Shown piece by piece: positions 1 through 12,600 of a stretch of 64,000 nucleotides of DNA. Below the pieces are notes generated by a model. The model made no database searches. It had not been told where the DNA came from and saw only the letters and a program-made list of their open reading frames with translations. Origin of the DNA: Octopus sinensis (taxonomy: Eukaryota). Location of the stretch: contig NC_043010.1 of the NCBI RefSeq assembly GCF_006345805.1, positions 14,136,001 to 14,200,000 on the forward strand. The letters are read 5' to 3'. The first letter of the stretch is position 1. The number at the start of each line of letters is the position of its first letter. The translations under genes and the position numbers were made by a program.

Positions 1-67
1 GTAATGGAGAAAATTCAGACTTATTGCAGTAATTTTCATTTCTATTTATTGTATATATATATACGTA

Positions 68-1332
68 CAGGGGTTGGACAAAATAATGGAAACACCTTAG
101 AATTTCAAACAAATTTATTTTAATGATAATGATGATGATGATGATGATGGGGTAGGACCACCTTTCGCAGTAAGTACAGCTTGAATTCTATGAGGTATAG
201 ATTCGTACAGTTTGAATTGTTTCCAAAGGAATTTTTGTCTTCAGCTAAAACAGTCTCCAGTTCTTGTAGTGATGATGGTGGAGGATATCAACTCCTTACT
301 TGTTTTTCTAAAATGCACCATAAATGTTCAATAATATTGAGATCTGGGGACTGTGGTGGCCAGATACGATGTTCAACATCACTAGAATGTTCCTCATGCC
401 ATTCAGTAACAACTTTAGCTGTGTGAATTGGTGCATTATCATCCTGAAAGATTGCATTTCCCTCTGGATACAGTTCCTCAACCATAGGATGAATTTGATC
501 AGATAAAATGCTTAAATAGTCTTGACTATTAATTCTTCCATGAAGGGAAACCATTAGGCCAGCGGATTTCCAAGATATAGCCTCCCAGAATCACATTTCC
601 TTCTCCATGTTTAACAGTTGGAAGAAGGCAGTCTGGGTCAAATGCTTCTTTTGACTGTCTCCACACATATACTCTGTCAGTGGTCAGAAATAAGGTAAAG
701 GAAGACTCCTCCAAGAAAATAACATTTTTCTACTGCTCTGGGGACCAATTCTGAAGGTTTTTACTCCACTCTAATTGCTTTGCAACGTTTGCTTTTGAAA
801 GTAGTGGTTTTCTGATTGCTTTGTGCAGCTCCTGGTAAACAGTTTTTGTGGAAACTGGGTTCTCGAAGTGGTCGTTAAGGTCTGCAATAATTTTGGGAGT
901 TGTACTTTTGTGATCCTTTCTAACAATTTGCGTAAGAGTCTGACAGTCCCTATCTGAAAGTTTTGGTTTTCTTCTGGAGTTTTGTTTCAACAAGAATGTT
1001 TTTCCCTCTTTCTTAAAGGCTGTCATTACTTTCGAGACAGTACGTCTTGATACACCAAACATTTTGGCTGTTTTCATTACGCTAGCACCTGCCATACGAG
1101 CACCAACAATTTGACCTCTTTGAAAGTCCGATAGAGCTGTCATCTTAATGAATTTTAATTACCTTTTTCTGATGATATCTGAAAACAAACAGCAATTTTA
1201 GCAAAACATATTAAGCAACAATAATAATAAATCAAAAAACATAAAAATAAACAAGCTTTTGACGGTTTTATAGATATTTCAAAATTATGATGCTATGATG
1301 CTAGGTGTTTCCATTATTTTGTCCAACCCCTG
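68..1332 (-). mobile_element. Full-length Tc1/mariner-superfamily DNA transposon (DD36E spacing), inactivated
   Basis: Perfect 30-bp TIRs CAGGGGTTGGACAAAATAATGGAAACACCT at 68-97 and 1303-1332; TA target duplication at 66-67 and 1333-1334; 1265 bp; broken transposase inside. Confidence 0.92.
288..1143 (-). pseudogene. Tc1-like transposase pseudogene (frameshifted)
   Basis: ORFs 730-1143 (HTH region MTALSDFQRGQIVGARMAG..), 529-714 (EESSFTLF, TVKHG) and 288-554 (FQDDNAPIH..WPPQSPDLNIIEHLW) are consecutive transposase pieces in different frames. Confidence 0.9.
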
Positions 1333-1622
1333 TATAAGGCATCAATGTGATGAGGACTGAAGCTTCCATTGGAATGAATGCCAAGATATGGCTGTAGAGA
1401 TGCGAGTGTTTTGCGTGTTTCATTTGAGTGAGATGAGGATCTTTGTACAATGCAACACATCAACGAGGGCCAAACTCTTGACCACATGGGTTGCTGCAGA
1501 AGATACTGAGTGATTTAAATTTGGACGAATTGGGATTAAACTATGAACTATATTTTGTGTGTAGTAGTGAAACAGCAAAGCTCACTGCACACCCCTGTAA
1601 CAGTAATAATAATAATAATAAT

Positions 1623-1900
1623 GGTTCTATTGAGGAGAGTAGTGAGTTTCTCACTGCAAAGCCAACGCCATGTTGATGAGGTTCTTCTGGATCTCTTCCC
1701 TGCCGAAAGAAGGTGAAGTCCTGCTCTTTGAGTTTGCCGTTTGAGGGAAGTCTTGTCTCCTGCAGCCCAGCAATATCTATGTCGAGCCTCTTTAGTTCAC
1801 GGTCAATGATGGCCGTTTTCCTTGTGTCTTCAATCCTGAGAAGATCATCAGATATTCCAGGACACATGGTCCTGACATTCCAGCTTGCCAACCGCAGAAC
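1623..1900 (-). mobile_element. RTE-clade LINE fragment, APE endonuclease N-terminus
   Basis: ORF 1541-1891: ASWNVRTM..LDIDIAGLQETRL..HGVGFAV matches APE motifs; homology stops at an (AAT)n run. Confidence 0.8.
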
Positions 1901-2373
1901 TGGTGTTTTCTTGACTTTTAGGGAGTGTTTGTCCAGGATAGGACTACACAGCCACGGCAGGAAATGTATCAGGACATGAAATATAAAAGCCGGACTAGAC
2001 TACAAAAAAAAAAAAACACATGCGCAACTCCATTGTCTCCCGAGACAGAAAGGATGCCAATACAATACAATAATAATAATGAATTTTTCTCATGTTTGTT
2101 GTTATTTAATGAACTAATATAGAGATCATCAGTTGGTTCATTGGATGGCTGTTTCTTTGTTTGTCTCTAACAAACAATAAATATGCCATCTTCACACAAA
2201 GAAATAGATATATATTGTAATAATAACAATAATAATAATAACAATGGTGATAAAATATTTCTAAACAAATTGTCTTATTTTTGTTTTTCTTTTTTTTTTT
2301 ATTATATTGATTTCTAACATATGCAGAAAAATCACAGATCTCAGGTTACAACGACACACACGAATACTTATTT

Positions 2374-2779
2374 GGATCTTTTCGGTTTGAACGGCAGTTT
2401 TTTAACATAATTTCTAAAAAATTTTAAACTTCGTATACTGGTAGAATGTGTTTATAAAACATCTTTTTCTCTTGGCTTTATTGAGAAAATTCTATTGTTT
2501 GTAAGATATTTGTTGGTTTTTTTTTTCAATTTCTGCAATTTCAACCGATCACTGACATCTATTGAGGTAAAAAAATCATTCTGTGCCGTATGAATATGTC
2601 CCTCGTTTAAGAAACAGATTGGGTTTATTTACATTTGTGAAGAAAAAAAGATACCCTTCCCCCCACCCCTAACCCTAAAACAGATTGAAATACAATAGAT
2701 CGATACTAGGGTCATAATTATGGGTGACAATTTCATATGACACCGCTAGAAAAAACTGCCGCTCAAACCGAAAAGATCC
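2374..2779. mobile_element. ~410-bp MITE, family M1 (TIR GGATCTTTTCGGTTTGAACGGCAG; Merlin-like)
   Basis: Terminal inverted repeats; flanked by CTTATTT on both sides; three further copies in the window. Confidence 0.85.
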
Positions 2780-3120
2780 CTTATTTTTATCAATGGCTCA
2801 TGTATTTAATATGTTAATTGTTGCTTAACCAATATAAGCTTTGATTCAGCAGACATAAGATGAACCGTATTCCAATTGTGACCATCCTGTAGTTTATTCA
2901 GATAGTGTATAGTTGTAGCTATGGCTGCATGGCTGCAAGTTTTACTGATGCCAAAGGCAACAACATTGTTTTCACCAAATTCTTTTGCGGTAAGAGTACA
3001 CTGCTGGGTGACTGAGAAGAGTAGGTTACCAATAGATTTAGTTTTATGGAAATCATACTGGTTCTCATTAAAGAGAAAGAGTGAGAGGTGCTGAGAATGT
3101 TGTTTCTGGATGTCTCTATT

Positions 3121-3400
3121 ACCTTACTTGACTTGACAGCATTCACCTGGGGTGGGTTGAGCTGGCTTCATTCACCCTCAATGCTGCATCTCTCACAAAC
3201 GCCGACCAGGCCTGGCGATTTGAGGCTAACGACCGCGTGATCTCCAACCATTCTTTATTCCAGCGGCGAACGCCGTAGATATGGGGGCCTAGGTTGGGTT
3301 CCAGATCAGCCTTGACTGTCATCAGCCAGGTTTTTCATTGTCCACCACATCGCTTTCGCCAACCCTGAAGGGGAGCTGGGGCAATTGCTTTGTAGGTTGG
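3121..3400 (-). mobile_element. RTE-clade LINE 3' end (decayed ORF2 C-terminus)
   Basis: Manual minus-strand translation GWRKRCGGQ*KTWLMTVKADLEP..RRWNKEWL..NRQAWSAFVRD resembles RTE ORF2 ends; short CAAGT-type tail. Confidence 0.6.
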
Positions 3401-3794
3401 GTTCCAGATTAGCCTATTACCTTAGATAGATTATGATTGCAATAAGGTGATATTTGACTGGGTCAGAAAGGCTGCCTTCTTGAGGATGTGACACACTGTA
3501 TGAGGTGGTATCAAAAAGTTCCTGGACTGGTTCTGTGGTGCACCAACAGATGGCAGCACATGGTTGCATGCACAGTGGGAGCTAGCAGTGACCTTCAGGA
3601 GGAGTTAGTGTGTTGAGTAACATCATTGTGTTTACTTTGCAAGTTGTAAAATTTGTGCTTTTGTGATCGCGTGTATGTTGTAGTCTGTGATTTTATCATG
3701 CACAGGAACAAAGAGCCAATGTGAAACTTTGTGTTGAACTTGGGAAGTCTAATACAGAGACATTGAGTATGCTTTGGCAGGATTAGTGATGATT

Positions 3795-4368
3795 AAGGTG
3801 GTGAGCTGGCAGAATCGTTAGCACGCCAAGCAAAATGCGTAGCCGTATTTCGTCTGCTGTTACGTTCTGGGTTCAAATTCCGCCGTGGTCGACTTTGCCA
3901 TTCATCCTTTCAGGGTCGATAAATTAAGTACCAGTTACGCACTGGGATCGATACAATTGACTTAATCCGTTTGACCTCTCTGTGTTTAGCCCCTTGTGGG
4001 TAGTAAAGAAATAGGTATTTCGCCTGCCGCTACGTTCTGGGTTCAAATTCCGCCGAGGTCGACTTTGCCTTTCATCCTTTCGGGGTCGATAAATTAAGTA
4101 CCAGTTATGCACTGGGGTCGATACAATCGACTTAATCCATTTGTCTGTCCTTGTTTGTCCCCTCTGTGGGTAGTAAAGAAATAGGTATTTCGCCTGCCAC
4201 TACATTCTGGGTTCAAATTCCGCCAAGGTTGACTTTGCCTTTCATCCTTTCGGGGTCAATAAATTAAGTACCAGTTACGCACTGGGGTCGATACAATCGA
4301 CTTAATCCGTTTGTCTGTCCTTCTTTGTCCTCTCTGTGTTTAGCACCTTGTGGGTAGTAAAGAAATAG
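3795..4368 (+). mobile_element. tRNA-derived SINE family A, head plus three tandem bodies
   Basis: Head GGTGGTGAGCTGGCAGAATCGTTAGC, GGTTCAAATTCC B-box-like motif, AAAGAAATAG|GTATTTCG junctions; approximate TSD GGATTA(CA)GTGATGA. Confidence 0.85.
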
Positions 4369-4654
4369 GATTACAGTGATGAGGCAATGGGGCATATGCA
4401 ATGTTTTGAGTGGCATGGGCCCTTCAAAAGTAGGAGGAAGACTGGCACGAGTACCACCTCAAGAGATGGGGTTTTGTGCATAGAGAATTCATCTCCCAGG
4501 GTGAAACTGTCAATTCAGAGTTCTACTGCAACATTTTGACGCATTTGAGGGAGGACATTTGGCGGAAGCAACCAGATCTGTGGAGCTTGAAGAATTGGAT
4601 TCCTCACTTGTGAGTTTTTTCACCAAAAACAATATGGAATCACTTCTGCACCTG

Positions 4655-5340
4655 CCCTACTTTCCAGATAGGGCAGGCACAGACCTCCATCTCTGCCCCC
4701 CAAGATGAAAATGCAGCTCAAAGGTCACCCATTTTAACTCTGTTTTCGAGATCCAGAGTTAATTACAGAAGGTCCTTGACTAGTTTACGGAGCCCTATTC
4801 TCCAGATAGGGCAGGCGCAGACCTCCATCTCTGCCCCCAAGATGAAAATGCAACTCAAAGGTCACCCATTTTAACTCTGTTTTCGAGATCCAGAGTTAAG
4901 CACAGAAGGTCCTCGACTAGCTTACGGAGCGCTATTCTCCAGATAGGGCAGGTGCAGACCTCCATCTCTGCCCCCCAAGATGAAAATGCAGCTCAAAGGT
5001 CACCCATTTTAACTCTGTTTTCAAGATCTAGAGTTAATCACAGAAGGTCCTCGACTAGCTTACGGAGTGCTATTCTCCAGATAGGGCAGGTGCAGACCTC
5101 CAATTCTGCCCCCAAGATGAAAATGCAACTCAAAGGTCACCCATTTTAACTCTGTTTTCGAGATCCAGAGTTAAGCACAGAAGGTCCTCAACTAACTTAC
5201 GGAGTGCTATTCTCCAGATAGGGCAGGTGCAGACCTCCAATTCTGCCCCCCAAGATGAAAATGCAGCTCAAAGGTCACCCATTTTAACTCTGTTTTCGAG
5301 ATCCAGAGTTAATCACAGAAGGTCCTCGACTAGCTTACGG
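4655..5340 (+). repeat. Minisatellite, five copies of a 137/138-bp unit
   Basis: CCAGATAGGGCAGG starts at 4664, 4802, 4939, 5077 and 5214. Confidence 0.95.
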
Positions 5341-5429
5341 AAAATTACTTCCAGACCAGATTTCAAAAGAGGCAGGAATGTTGGGGCTGGTGTATTGCTG
5401 AAACCTCGCATGTATATATGGTAACTGAA

Positions 5430-5760
5430 AACTGAAAGAAGCCCATCATCATAACACGCATTCACTATTTTCCTCTCATTCTGGTTGTTTTGTTCCCGTT
5501 TCCCTGTATGTCTCCACTGTCATGTTTTTGTTCCCAACTTAGACCCTCCATAAATCCTAAATTTTATTTTAGAATTTATGATGGGAGCAACTGTCTTTAA
5601 AGACTCATATTGTCATTGAATGCTTGAAATGAGGAGTAGATAGATAGCCAACAACTGATGAAGGATCCTTTCTCTGTATGTTGTTTTGTTCCGGTTTCCC
5701 TATATGTCTCCACTGTTATATTTTTGTTCCCAGCTTGGACCCTCCATAAATCCTAAAGGA
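5430..5760. repeat. Unclassified interspersed repeat (second copy at ~8520-9360, split by a piggyBac fragment)
   Basis: Near-identical sequence at both loci; internal ~80-bp direct duplication. Confidence 0.6.
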
Positions 5761-5980
5761 GACTATGTTAAAACTTAGGTAAATAAATAATTTTCTTATT
5801 AAGCATAACTAGCCCAGGAACCTTTTGATACCATTTCAGTGCTGAGTTCAATGTCTGCTGAGGACATGACAAGCAAAAGATGGGGGTAATTGGTCTCAAG
5901 TAATCGTCATGGCTGATTACCTATAAATGGGTGGCTCTGATCATGAAAATCCAAATAATTCAGTTGATTGTCTGACAATA

Positions 5981-6380
5981 GGCGCAGGAGTGGCTGTGTG
6001 GTAAGTAGCTTGTTTACCAACCACATGGTTCCGGGTTCAGTCCCACTGCGTGGCACCTTGGGCAAGTGTCTTCCGCTATAGCCTCGGGCCGACCAAAGCC
6101 TTGTGAGTGGATTTGGTAGATGGAAACTGAACGAAGCCCGTCGTATATATGTATATATAAGTGTGTGTGTTTGTGTGTCTGTGTTTCTTCCCCCAACATC
6201 GTTTGACAACCGATGCTGGTGTGTTTGTGTCTCCGTCACTTAGCGGTTCGGCAAAAGTGACCGATAGAATAAGTACGGGGCTTACAAAGAATAAGTCCCG
6301 GGGTCAAGTTGCTCGATTAAAGGCGGTGCTCCAGCATGGCCGCAGTCAAATGACTGAAACAAGTAAAAGAATAAAAGAAT
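5981..6380 (+). mobile_element. tRNA-derived SINE family B
   Basis: GGCGCAGGAGTGGCTGTGTGGTAAG head, GGTTCAGTCCC, internal (TA/TG)n, AAGTAAAAGA tail; multiple copies in the window. Confidence 0.85.
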
Positions 6381-6976
6381 GATTATACTTGACCTTGTTT
6401 CAGTCATTGGACTGCAGCCATACTGGAGCACCATCTTGAAGTGTTTTAGTTGAACAAATCAACTCTAGCACCTTTTTTTGTTTTTCTTTTCTTTTTAGTC
6501 CACAGGCTCTTTTACCTAGCTGCTCAGTTACAGGGAAGTAAACAAACCAACACTGGTTATCAAGCAATGGAGGGGAGTGACAAACACAATGATGGGCTTC
6601 TGTACAGTTTCTGTTTTCTAAATTCATTCACAATGCACTGGTCAGCCTGGGGCTAAAGTAGAAGCCACTTGATCGGAGTGTTGTACAATGGAACTGAACC
6701 CATAGTAACAAAGCAAACTTCTCAACCCTATAGTCTGCACTTTTCTATAAAAACATGTTACAGCTGTTGTTTAACCTTGACTGAGCATACATGATCAAAG
6801 ACATTCTAGCTATGAAGATCTTATGTTCTTGGTAGTATTCCGTGGACTACGCAACCCAGTTACCTTCTTTTATCTTAAAACAGTGTAATTTGAAGAAGAT
6901 TTTGCTGCTCTTTCCGTCAGGTTGAGCAACCATGTAGAAGCTCCCTGGATGGTTCCTATGTATTTGTGATGTTTCT

Positions 6977-7522
6977 TATTTCTTTACTGCCCACAAGGGA
7001 CTACACAGAGGAGACAAACGGATTAAGTCGATTATATCAACTCCAGAGAGTAACTGGTACTTATTTAATCGACCCCGAAAGGATGAAAGGCAAAGTTGAC
7101 CTCGGCGGAATTTGAACTCAGAACGAAATACCTATTTCTTTACTACCCACAAGGGGCTAAATACAGAGGGGACAAACAAGGACAGACAAACGGATTAAGT
7201 CGATTATATCAACCCCAGAGAGTAACTGGTACTTATTTAATCAACCCCGAAAGGATGAAAGGCAAAGTTGACCTCGGCGGAATTTGAACTCAGAATGAAA
7301 TACCTATTTCTTTACTACCCACAAGGGGCTAAACACAGAGGGGACAAATGGATTAAATCAATTACACTGACCCCAGTGCGTAACTGGTACTTATTTAATT
7401 GACTCCGAAAGGATGAAAGGCAAAGTTGATCTCGGCGGAATTTGAACTCAGAACGTAGCGGCAGACGAAATACCGCTAAGCATTTCGCCCGGCGCACTAA
7501 CGTTTCTACCAACTCGCCACCT
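6977..7522 (-). mobile_element. SINE family A trimer
   Basis: Head at ~7500-7522 and three bodies; the two downstream units share an internal deletion. Confidence 0.85.
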
Positions 7523-7799
7523 TTTTGTGGTATTTCTATTTTCAGACATTAATTCTTAAGCTAAAGGTCTTGTCACATTGAGGATTTCTTACATTGGTAT
7601 ATGTTCAGAGAGAAGATAGAATTGGTATATTGTATTGATATAGAATTCCTGGAGAAAGAAATAGCATAGGTGGAGGGATGGAATCGGTTGTGATAAGACT
7701 TGAAATATATATAGTAACTTATCTGAATGCTACAATTAACAAAACATTAAAACAAGAAAAGGGAAACAATCCAAATGGAACAATGTCATGAATTTAGAT

Positions 7800-8233
7800 T
7801 AATGTGAAAATCAAAATCGATCAACATCAATAGAAATTGTAGCTGTGATACCAGTGCCGGTGGCACATAAGAGAACCATCCGAATATGGCCATTGCCAGC
7901 GCCACCCCGACTAGCTTCCGTGTCGGTGGCACGTAAAAGCACCATCCGTTCGTGTCCGTTGCCAGCCTCGCCTGGCCCCCGTGCCGGTGGCACATAAAAA
8001 GCACCATCCGTTCGTGGCCGTTTGCCAGCTCTGTCTGGCACCTGTGCGGGTGACACGTAAAAAGCACCCACTACACTCACGGAGTGGTTGGCGTTAGGAA
8101 GGGCATCCAGCCATAGAAACACTGCCAGATCAGACTGGGCCTGGTGCAGCCTTCTGACTTCCCAGACCCCAGTTGCACCGTCCAACCCATGCCAGCATGG
8201 AAAGCGGACGCTAAACGCTGATGATGATGATGA
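7800..8233 (+). mobile_element. 5'-truncated RTE LINE 3'UTR copy with ~62-bp repeats and (GAT)n tail
   Basis: Matches the sequence directly downstream of the RTE ORF2 stop at 55719-56545. Confidence 0.8.
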
Positions 8234-8716
8234 AGTTAAAGGCAAGGTACTGTATAGTACAAGGCATTTTAATCAAGCAGCAATTTTTCCTTTTTTTCAT
8301 TTACCATCCTTTCTAGAAGCAATAACTGTTTCAAAATTAAATAAAAAAGTCACATTTAGAGGGGAAGCTAGAATATAATAAATTAGACATAGTTGTTGCT
8401 GTGGGCTTAAGCTTGCTTCCCAACTACAAGATTTCAACTTCAGTGCCACAACATGGCATCTTGGGCAAATGTCTCCTACAGTAGTGCCAGGCTACCTGAA
8501 ACCTTGCATGTATATATGGGAGATGAAAACTGAAAGAAGCCCATCATCATAACACGCATTCCCTATTTTCCTCTCGTTCTGGTCAAACAATCCCCCATGG
8601 TTGTTTTGTTCCGGTTTCCTTGTATGTCTCCACTCTCATGTTTTTGTTCCCAACTTGGACCCTCCATAAATCCTAAACATAATTTTAGAATTTATGATGG
8701 GAGCAACTGTCTTTAA

Positions 8717-9196
8717 CCCTTTCGTTACTAACCCGGCCCAAAAATTTTTTGGTTCATAGTACCAACCCAGCCGAGAGAACCTATTGTTATTTAAATGTAA
8801 ATTTGAACCCAAATCTCGTTGGTACATTCGTTAAAACACGTGATTTCACTTTGTAAATAGTTGGGCTATAGTATCCGACATTGCTTGACCTGATAACTGA
8901 ATTCAGTGAATTTTGAGAGATTTTTTTCCACATTTTTTCGGCATCGATTTTTCTTCAACTTTGAAAATGGATAGGAGTTTCATGTTATCAAGCATTGATT
9001 CCGAATTTAAAGCTTTTTCAAAGGAAAATAGGGAGATATCGAGAAAAAGAATGAAATAGGTACAAAAGCACGTGGTGTACAAAATAATGAATAGGATATT
9101 TTTTTTATCCGAAAATGAAAGCAGCACCTTCCGAAGAAACAAAGCGGCGATGGTGACAGCAAAGACGATTTTACATCGGAATGAAGTATAAAACTT
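8717..9196 (+). mobile_element. piggyBac 5'-end fragment inserted at TTAA
   Basis: TTAA|CCCTTTCGTTAC terminus; reverse complement of 47480-47735; splits GTCTTTAAAGACTC of the host repeat. Confidence 0.7.
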
Positions 9197-9394
9197 TAAA
9201 AGACTCATGTTGTCATTGAATGCTTGAAATGAGGAGTAGATAGACAGCCAACAACTGATGAAGGATCCTTTCTCTGTTTACTTGTCCTGTTTTCCATTTT
9301 TTCCTCGTTGTTTACATATTTCATGTTGTTTGCACTGTTGGTGACGTCCTGTACCCATATATTTTCCACAAGAGCAGCCATTCTGAGGGAGGGG

Positions 9395-9710
9395 ATAAGT
9401 TGATTGCATCAACCCCAAAAGGATGAAAGGCAGTTGACCTTGGCGGAATTTGAACTCAGAATGCAAAGACGGACAAAATGCCTATTTCTTTACTACCCAC
9501 AAGGGGCTAAACACAGAGGAGACAAACAAGGACAGACAGATGGATTAAGTCGATGATATCGACCCCAGTGCGTAACTGGTACTTAATTTATCGACCCTGA
9601 AAGGATGAAAGGAAAAGTCGACCATGGCGGAATTTGAACTCAGAACATAACTGCAGAAGAAATACAGCTACGCATCTCGCCCGGTGTGCTAACGTTTCTG
9701 CCGCTAAGCA
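9395..9710 (-). mobile_element. SINE family A (full body plus partial second body)
   Basis: Reverse-complement family A sequence with a CCTATTTCTTT junction. Confidence 0.75.
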
Positions 9711-9750
9711 TTTCACTCGATGTGCTAATGATTCCACCAGCTTGCTGCCT

Positions 9751-10102
9751 TACTCTTTTACTTGTTTCAGTCATTTGACTGCGGCTATACCGGAGCACCG
9801 CCTTTAGTCGAGCAATTCGACCCCGGGACTTATTCTTTGTAAGCCCAGTACTTATTCTATCGGTCTCTTTTGCCGAACCGCTAAGTGACGGGGACGTAAA
9901 CACACCAGCATCAGTTGTCAAGCAATGCTAGGGGGACAAACACACATATATATACGACAGGCTTCTTTCAGTTTCCGTCTACCAAATCCACTCACAAGGC
10001 ATTGGTCGGCCCGGGGCTATAGTAGAAGACACTTGCCCAAGATGCCACGCAGTGGGACTGAACCCGGAACCATGTGGTTGGTTAGCAAGCTACTTACCAC
10101 AC
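9751..10102 (-). mobile_element. SINE family B
   Basis: Reverse complement of the family B sequence. Confidence 0.85.
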
Positions 10103-10654
10103 AAATAATAAAAAAGCTTTCTTAAATGTATTAAAAGAAGTACACTTTGTGAATGACATTTTAGAGACACTTGAAACAATTTTACTTCGAAACCTTATCA
10201 AGAAAAATCCTTGATTCCCAAATGTTGTGTAATAAAATTCTGACCTAAAATCATAAAATGACAATTGGAACTACAAAAATATTCTGGCCTAGCTCTGAGT
10301 GGCACACCCGAAGAAATGGTTTGTGGATAACACAAACATTCATTAGATATATAAAACATTGCTTTAAAATCCAGTGAACTTCAGCACTTACCATAACTTT
10401 AAAAATGGATTAAGGTACCCCATACATACAGACACATAAAAAGGTCCCCCAAAATCTGAGAATTATTGCTGTAAGACATCAAATCAACAGAGAAAAGAAA
10501 CCATCACAAGAATTATTACCTCACAAAATTCCCCTCTGAAGCTGATACAATAAAACTAAGGTTTATCTAACCAAATATTTGTCTTGTCATTGTTGTGCAA
10601 CAGGTAAACAGAGTTAGATGTGATGAAGTAATGTTAATTAAAAATAATTCAACC

Positions 10655-11101
10655 TTGACTGGCCTCCGTGCCGGTAGCACATAAAAAGCACCAACTGATC
10701 GTGGCCGTTGCCAGCCTCGTCTGGCACCTATGCCGGTGGCACATAAAAAGCACCAACTGATCATGGCCATTGCCAGCCTCGTCTGGCACCTGTGCCGGTG
10801 GCACATAAAAAGCACCAACTGATCATGGCCGTTGCCAGCCTCGTCTGGCACCTGTGCCAGTGGCACATAAAAAGCACCAACTGATCATGGCCGTTGCCAG
10901 CCTCGTCTGGCACCTATGCCGGTGGTATGTAAAAAGCACCCACTACACTCACGGAGTGCTTGGCGTTAGGAAGAGCATCCAGCTGTAGAAACACTGCCAG
11001 ATCAGACTGGAGCCTGGTGCAGCCTCCTGGCTTCCCAGACCCCGGTCGAACCGTCCAACCCATGCTAGCATGGAAAACGGACATTAAATGATGATGATGA
11101 C
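10655..11101 (+). mobile_element. RTE 3'UTR copy with a 62-bp VNTR (four full units plus a partial) and (GAT)n tail
   Basis: Units start at 10668, 10730, 10792, 10854 and 10916. Confidence 0.85.
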
Positions 11102-11424
11102 AACCAATGGCAAGAAAGGATGAATTTCCCATTTAATGAAGCAAAGTACTTTAACTGTAAATAGCTTACTAAACAATGTGCTCCACTATATTAGAGTACT
11201 ACTCTTATATCTAGGACTGGAGAAAAAAAAGAAAAATGGTTTTAGGTGCTCATGCAGCCACAACTAAGTACAGACATCTCAAGCCTTCCACTCTTGATCT
11301 AGAGGGAGAGAGACAGGTACTATTTCTTTTTCATCAACCCTAAAACAATAAAAGACAGGGTTGACCTCAACAAGATTAAACTCAGAACTGAAAGCCAGAA
11401 TAAATATTGTAACCAAAAGAATAC

Positions 11425-11909
11425 CCTCCATTAGGCATTTGCCATATTCTGAACGCTTTACTTCCCTGGGCATGGACACATTGAAACTTCGACGTCTGGC
11501 AGACACCCATAAAATTATTAACCATCTTACAAACAATAATTCTGAGCACCTTTTCAAACTCCACCTGTTTAACACCCGTGGACATGTTTACAAAGTCAGA
11601 AAACAGCACAGCTCCCATGACTTTAGGAAACATTTTTTCACGCTGAGAGTTGCTGAAGCATAGAACAAACTGCCGGCATCAGTTGTTAGTTGTCAGAGCA
11701 CTGCATCCTTCAAAACTTCCATGCTTTCTGAGATTCGCCAACACTACACCTGATTTCCTCCCCTTCATACACACACAAGCATGTATCTGACTCATACATT
11801 GTTCGCTTTCCAGACATTTGTACATTACTGCATATACTTTATACGCACTTTCTGACAAGTTGTGGTGCACCTGAGCACTGTATACAATAATTTCATTATT
11901 ATTATTATA
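11425..11909 (+). mobile_element. CR1-clade LINE 3' end
   Basis: ..MDTLKLRRL..TRGHVYKV..RKHFFTLRVAEA*NKLPASVV; (ATT)n tail; sister copy at 37630-38072. Confidence 0.85.
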
Positions 11910-11995
11910 ATGTATTCTACCCATCACTCAATTGACTGCTAGTTAATCACCTAAAATCTAGAACAGTTGCCATATAAACAGAGATAGCTTTTCAC

Positions 11996-12396
11996 GGATC
12001 TTTTCGGTTTGAATGGCAGTTTTTAACATAATTTCTAGGTAACTAAAAAATTTTAAACTTCATACACTAGTAGAATGTGTTTATAAAACATCCTTTTCTC
12101 TTGGCTTTATTGAGAAAATTTTATAGTTTGTAAGATATTTGTTGTTTTTTTCTTCAATTTATACAATTTCAACCAATCACTGACGTCTATTGAGGTAAAC
12201 AACATTCTGTGCTGTATTAATGTGACCCTCGTTTAAGAAACAGATTGGGTTCATTTACATTTGTGAGGAAAAAAGATACCCTTCCCCCAACCTAAAATAG
12301 ATTGAAATGCAATAGATCGATATTAGGGTCATAATTATGGGTGACAATTTCATATGACACCGCTAGAAAAAACTGCCGTTCAAACCGAAAGGATTC
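11996..12396. mobile_element. MITE family M1
   Basis: Same TIRs and body as 2374-2779. Confidence 0.85.
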
Positions 12397-12600
12397 TTTT
12401 TATTCATCTCAGTAGATTCTGATCCTCAGCATTTGCTACTTACTTTCATTGAAATTCTCCTTGCCATATTCTCCAGATCCTACTTTCTTAATATTAAACA
12501 AGTGTCATTTAAGAAGAGAGGAAACCCTTAAAAAAGCAACAGGCACAATTTTCTTTCCCCAGAATCAAAAATAAATAAATGCCTCCTCATAATGTTTTTG

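Larger units (their letters stand above)
3501..5400 (+). mobile_element. Decayed mariner transposon, interrupted by a SINE trimer and containing an internal minisatellite
   Basis: Translated pieces EQRANVKLCVELGKS..ETLSML, DEAMGHMQCFEWH, VHREFISQGETVNSEFYC, PYFPD..PKMKMQLKGH and ENYFQTRFQKRQECWGWCIA are collinear with mariner transposase. Confidence 0.8.

Noticed and set aside
4655-5340. CRISPR-like or protein-coding tandem repeat
   Set aside because: No unique spacers, eukaryotic context, stop codons in each unit; derived from mariner.
5640-5680. CTGATGA motif in the unclassified repeat (also ~9255)
   Set aside because: No downstream GAAA or stems, so not a hammerhead.
5907-6382. Recurrent small ORFs (MLGGQT.., SGTEPGTMWLV.., ..WMPFLTP) here and elsewhere
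   Set aside because: Chance translations of SINE and RTE-tail repeats.
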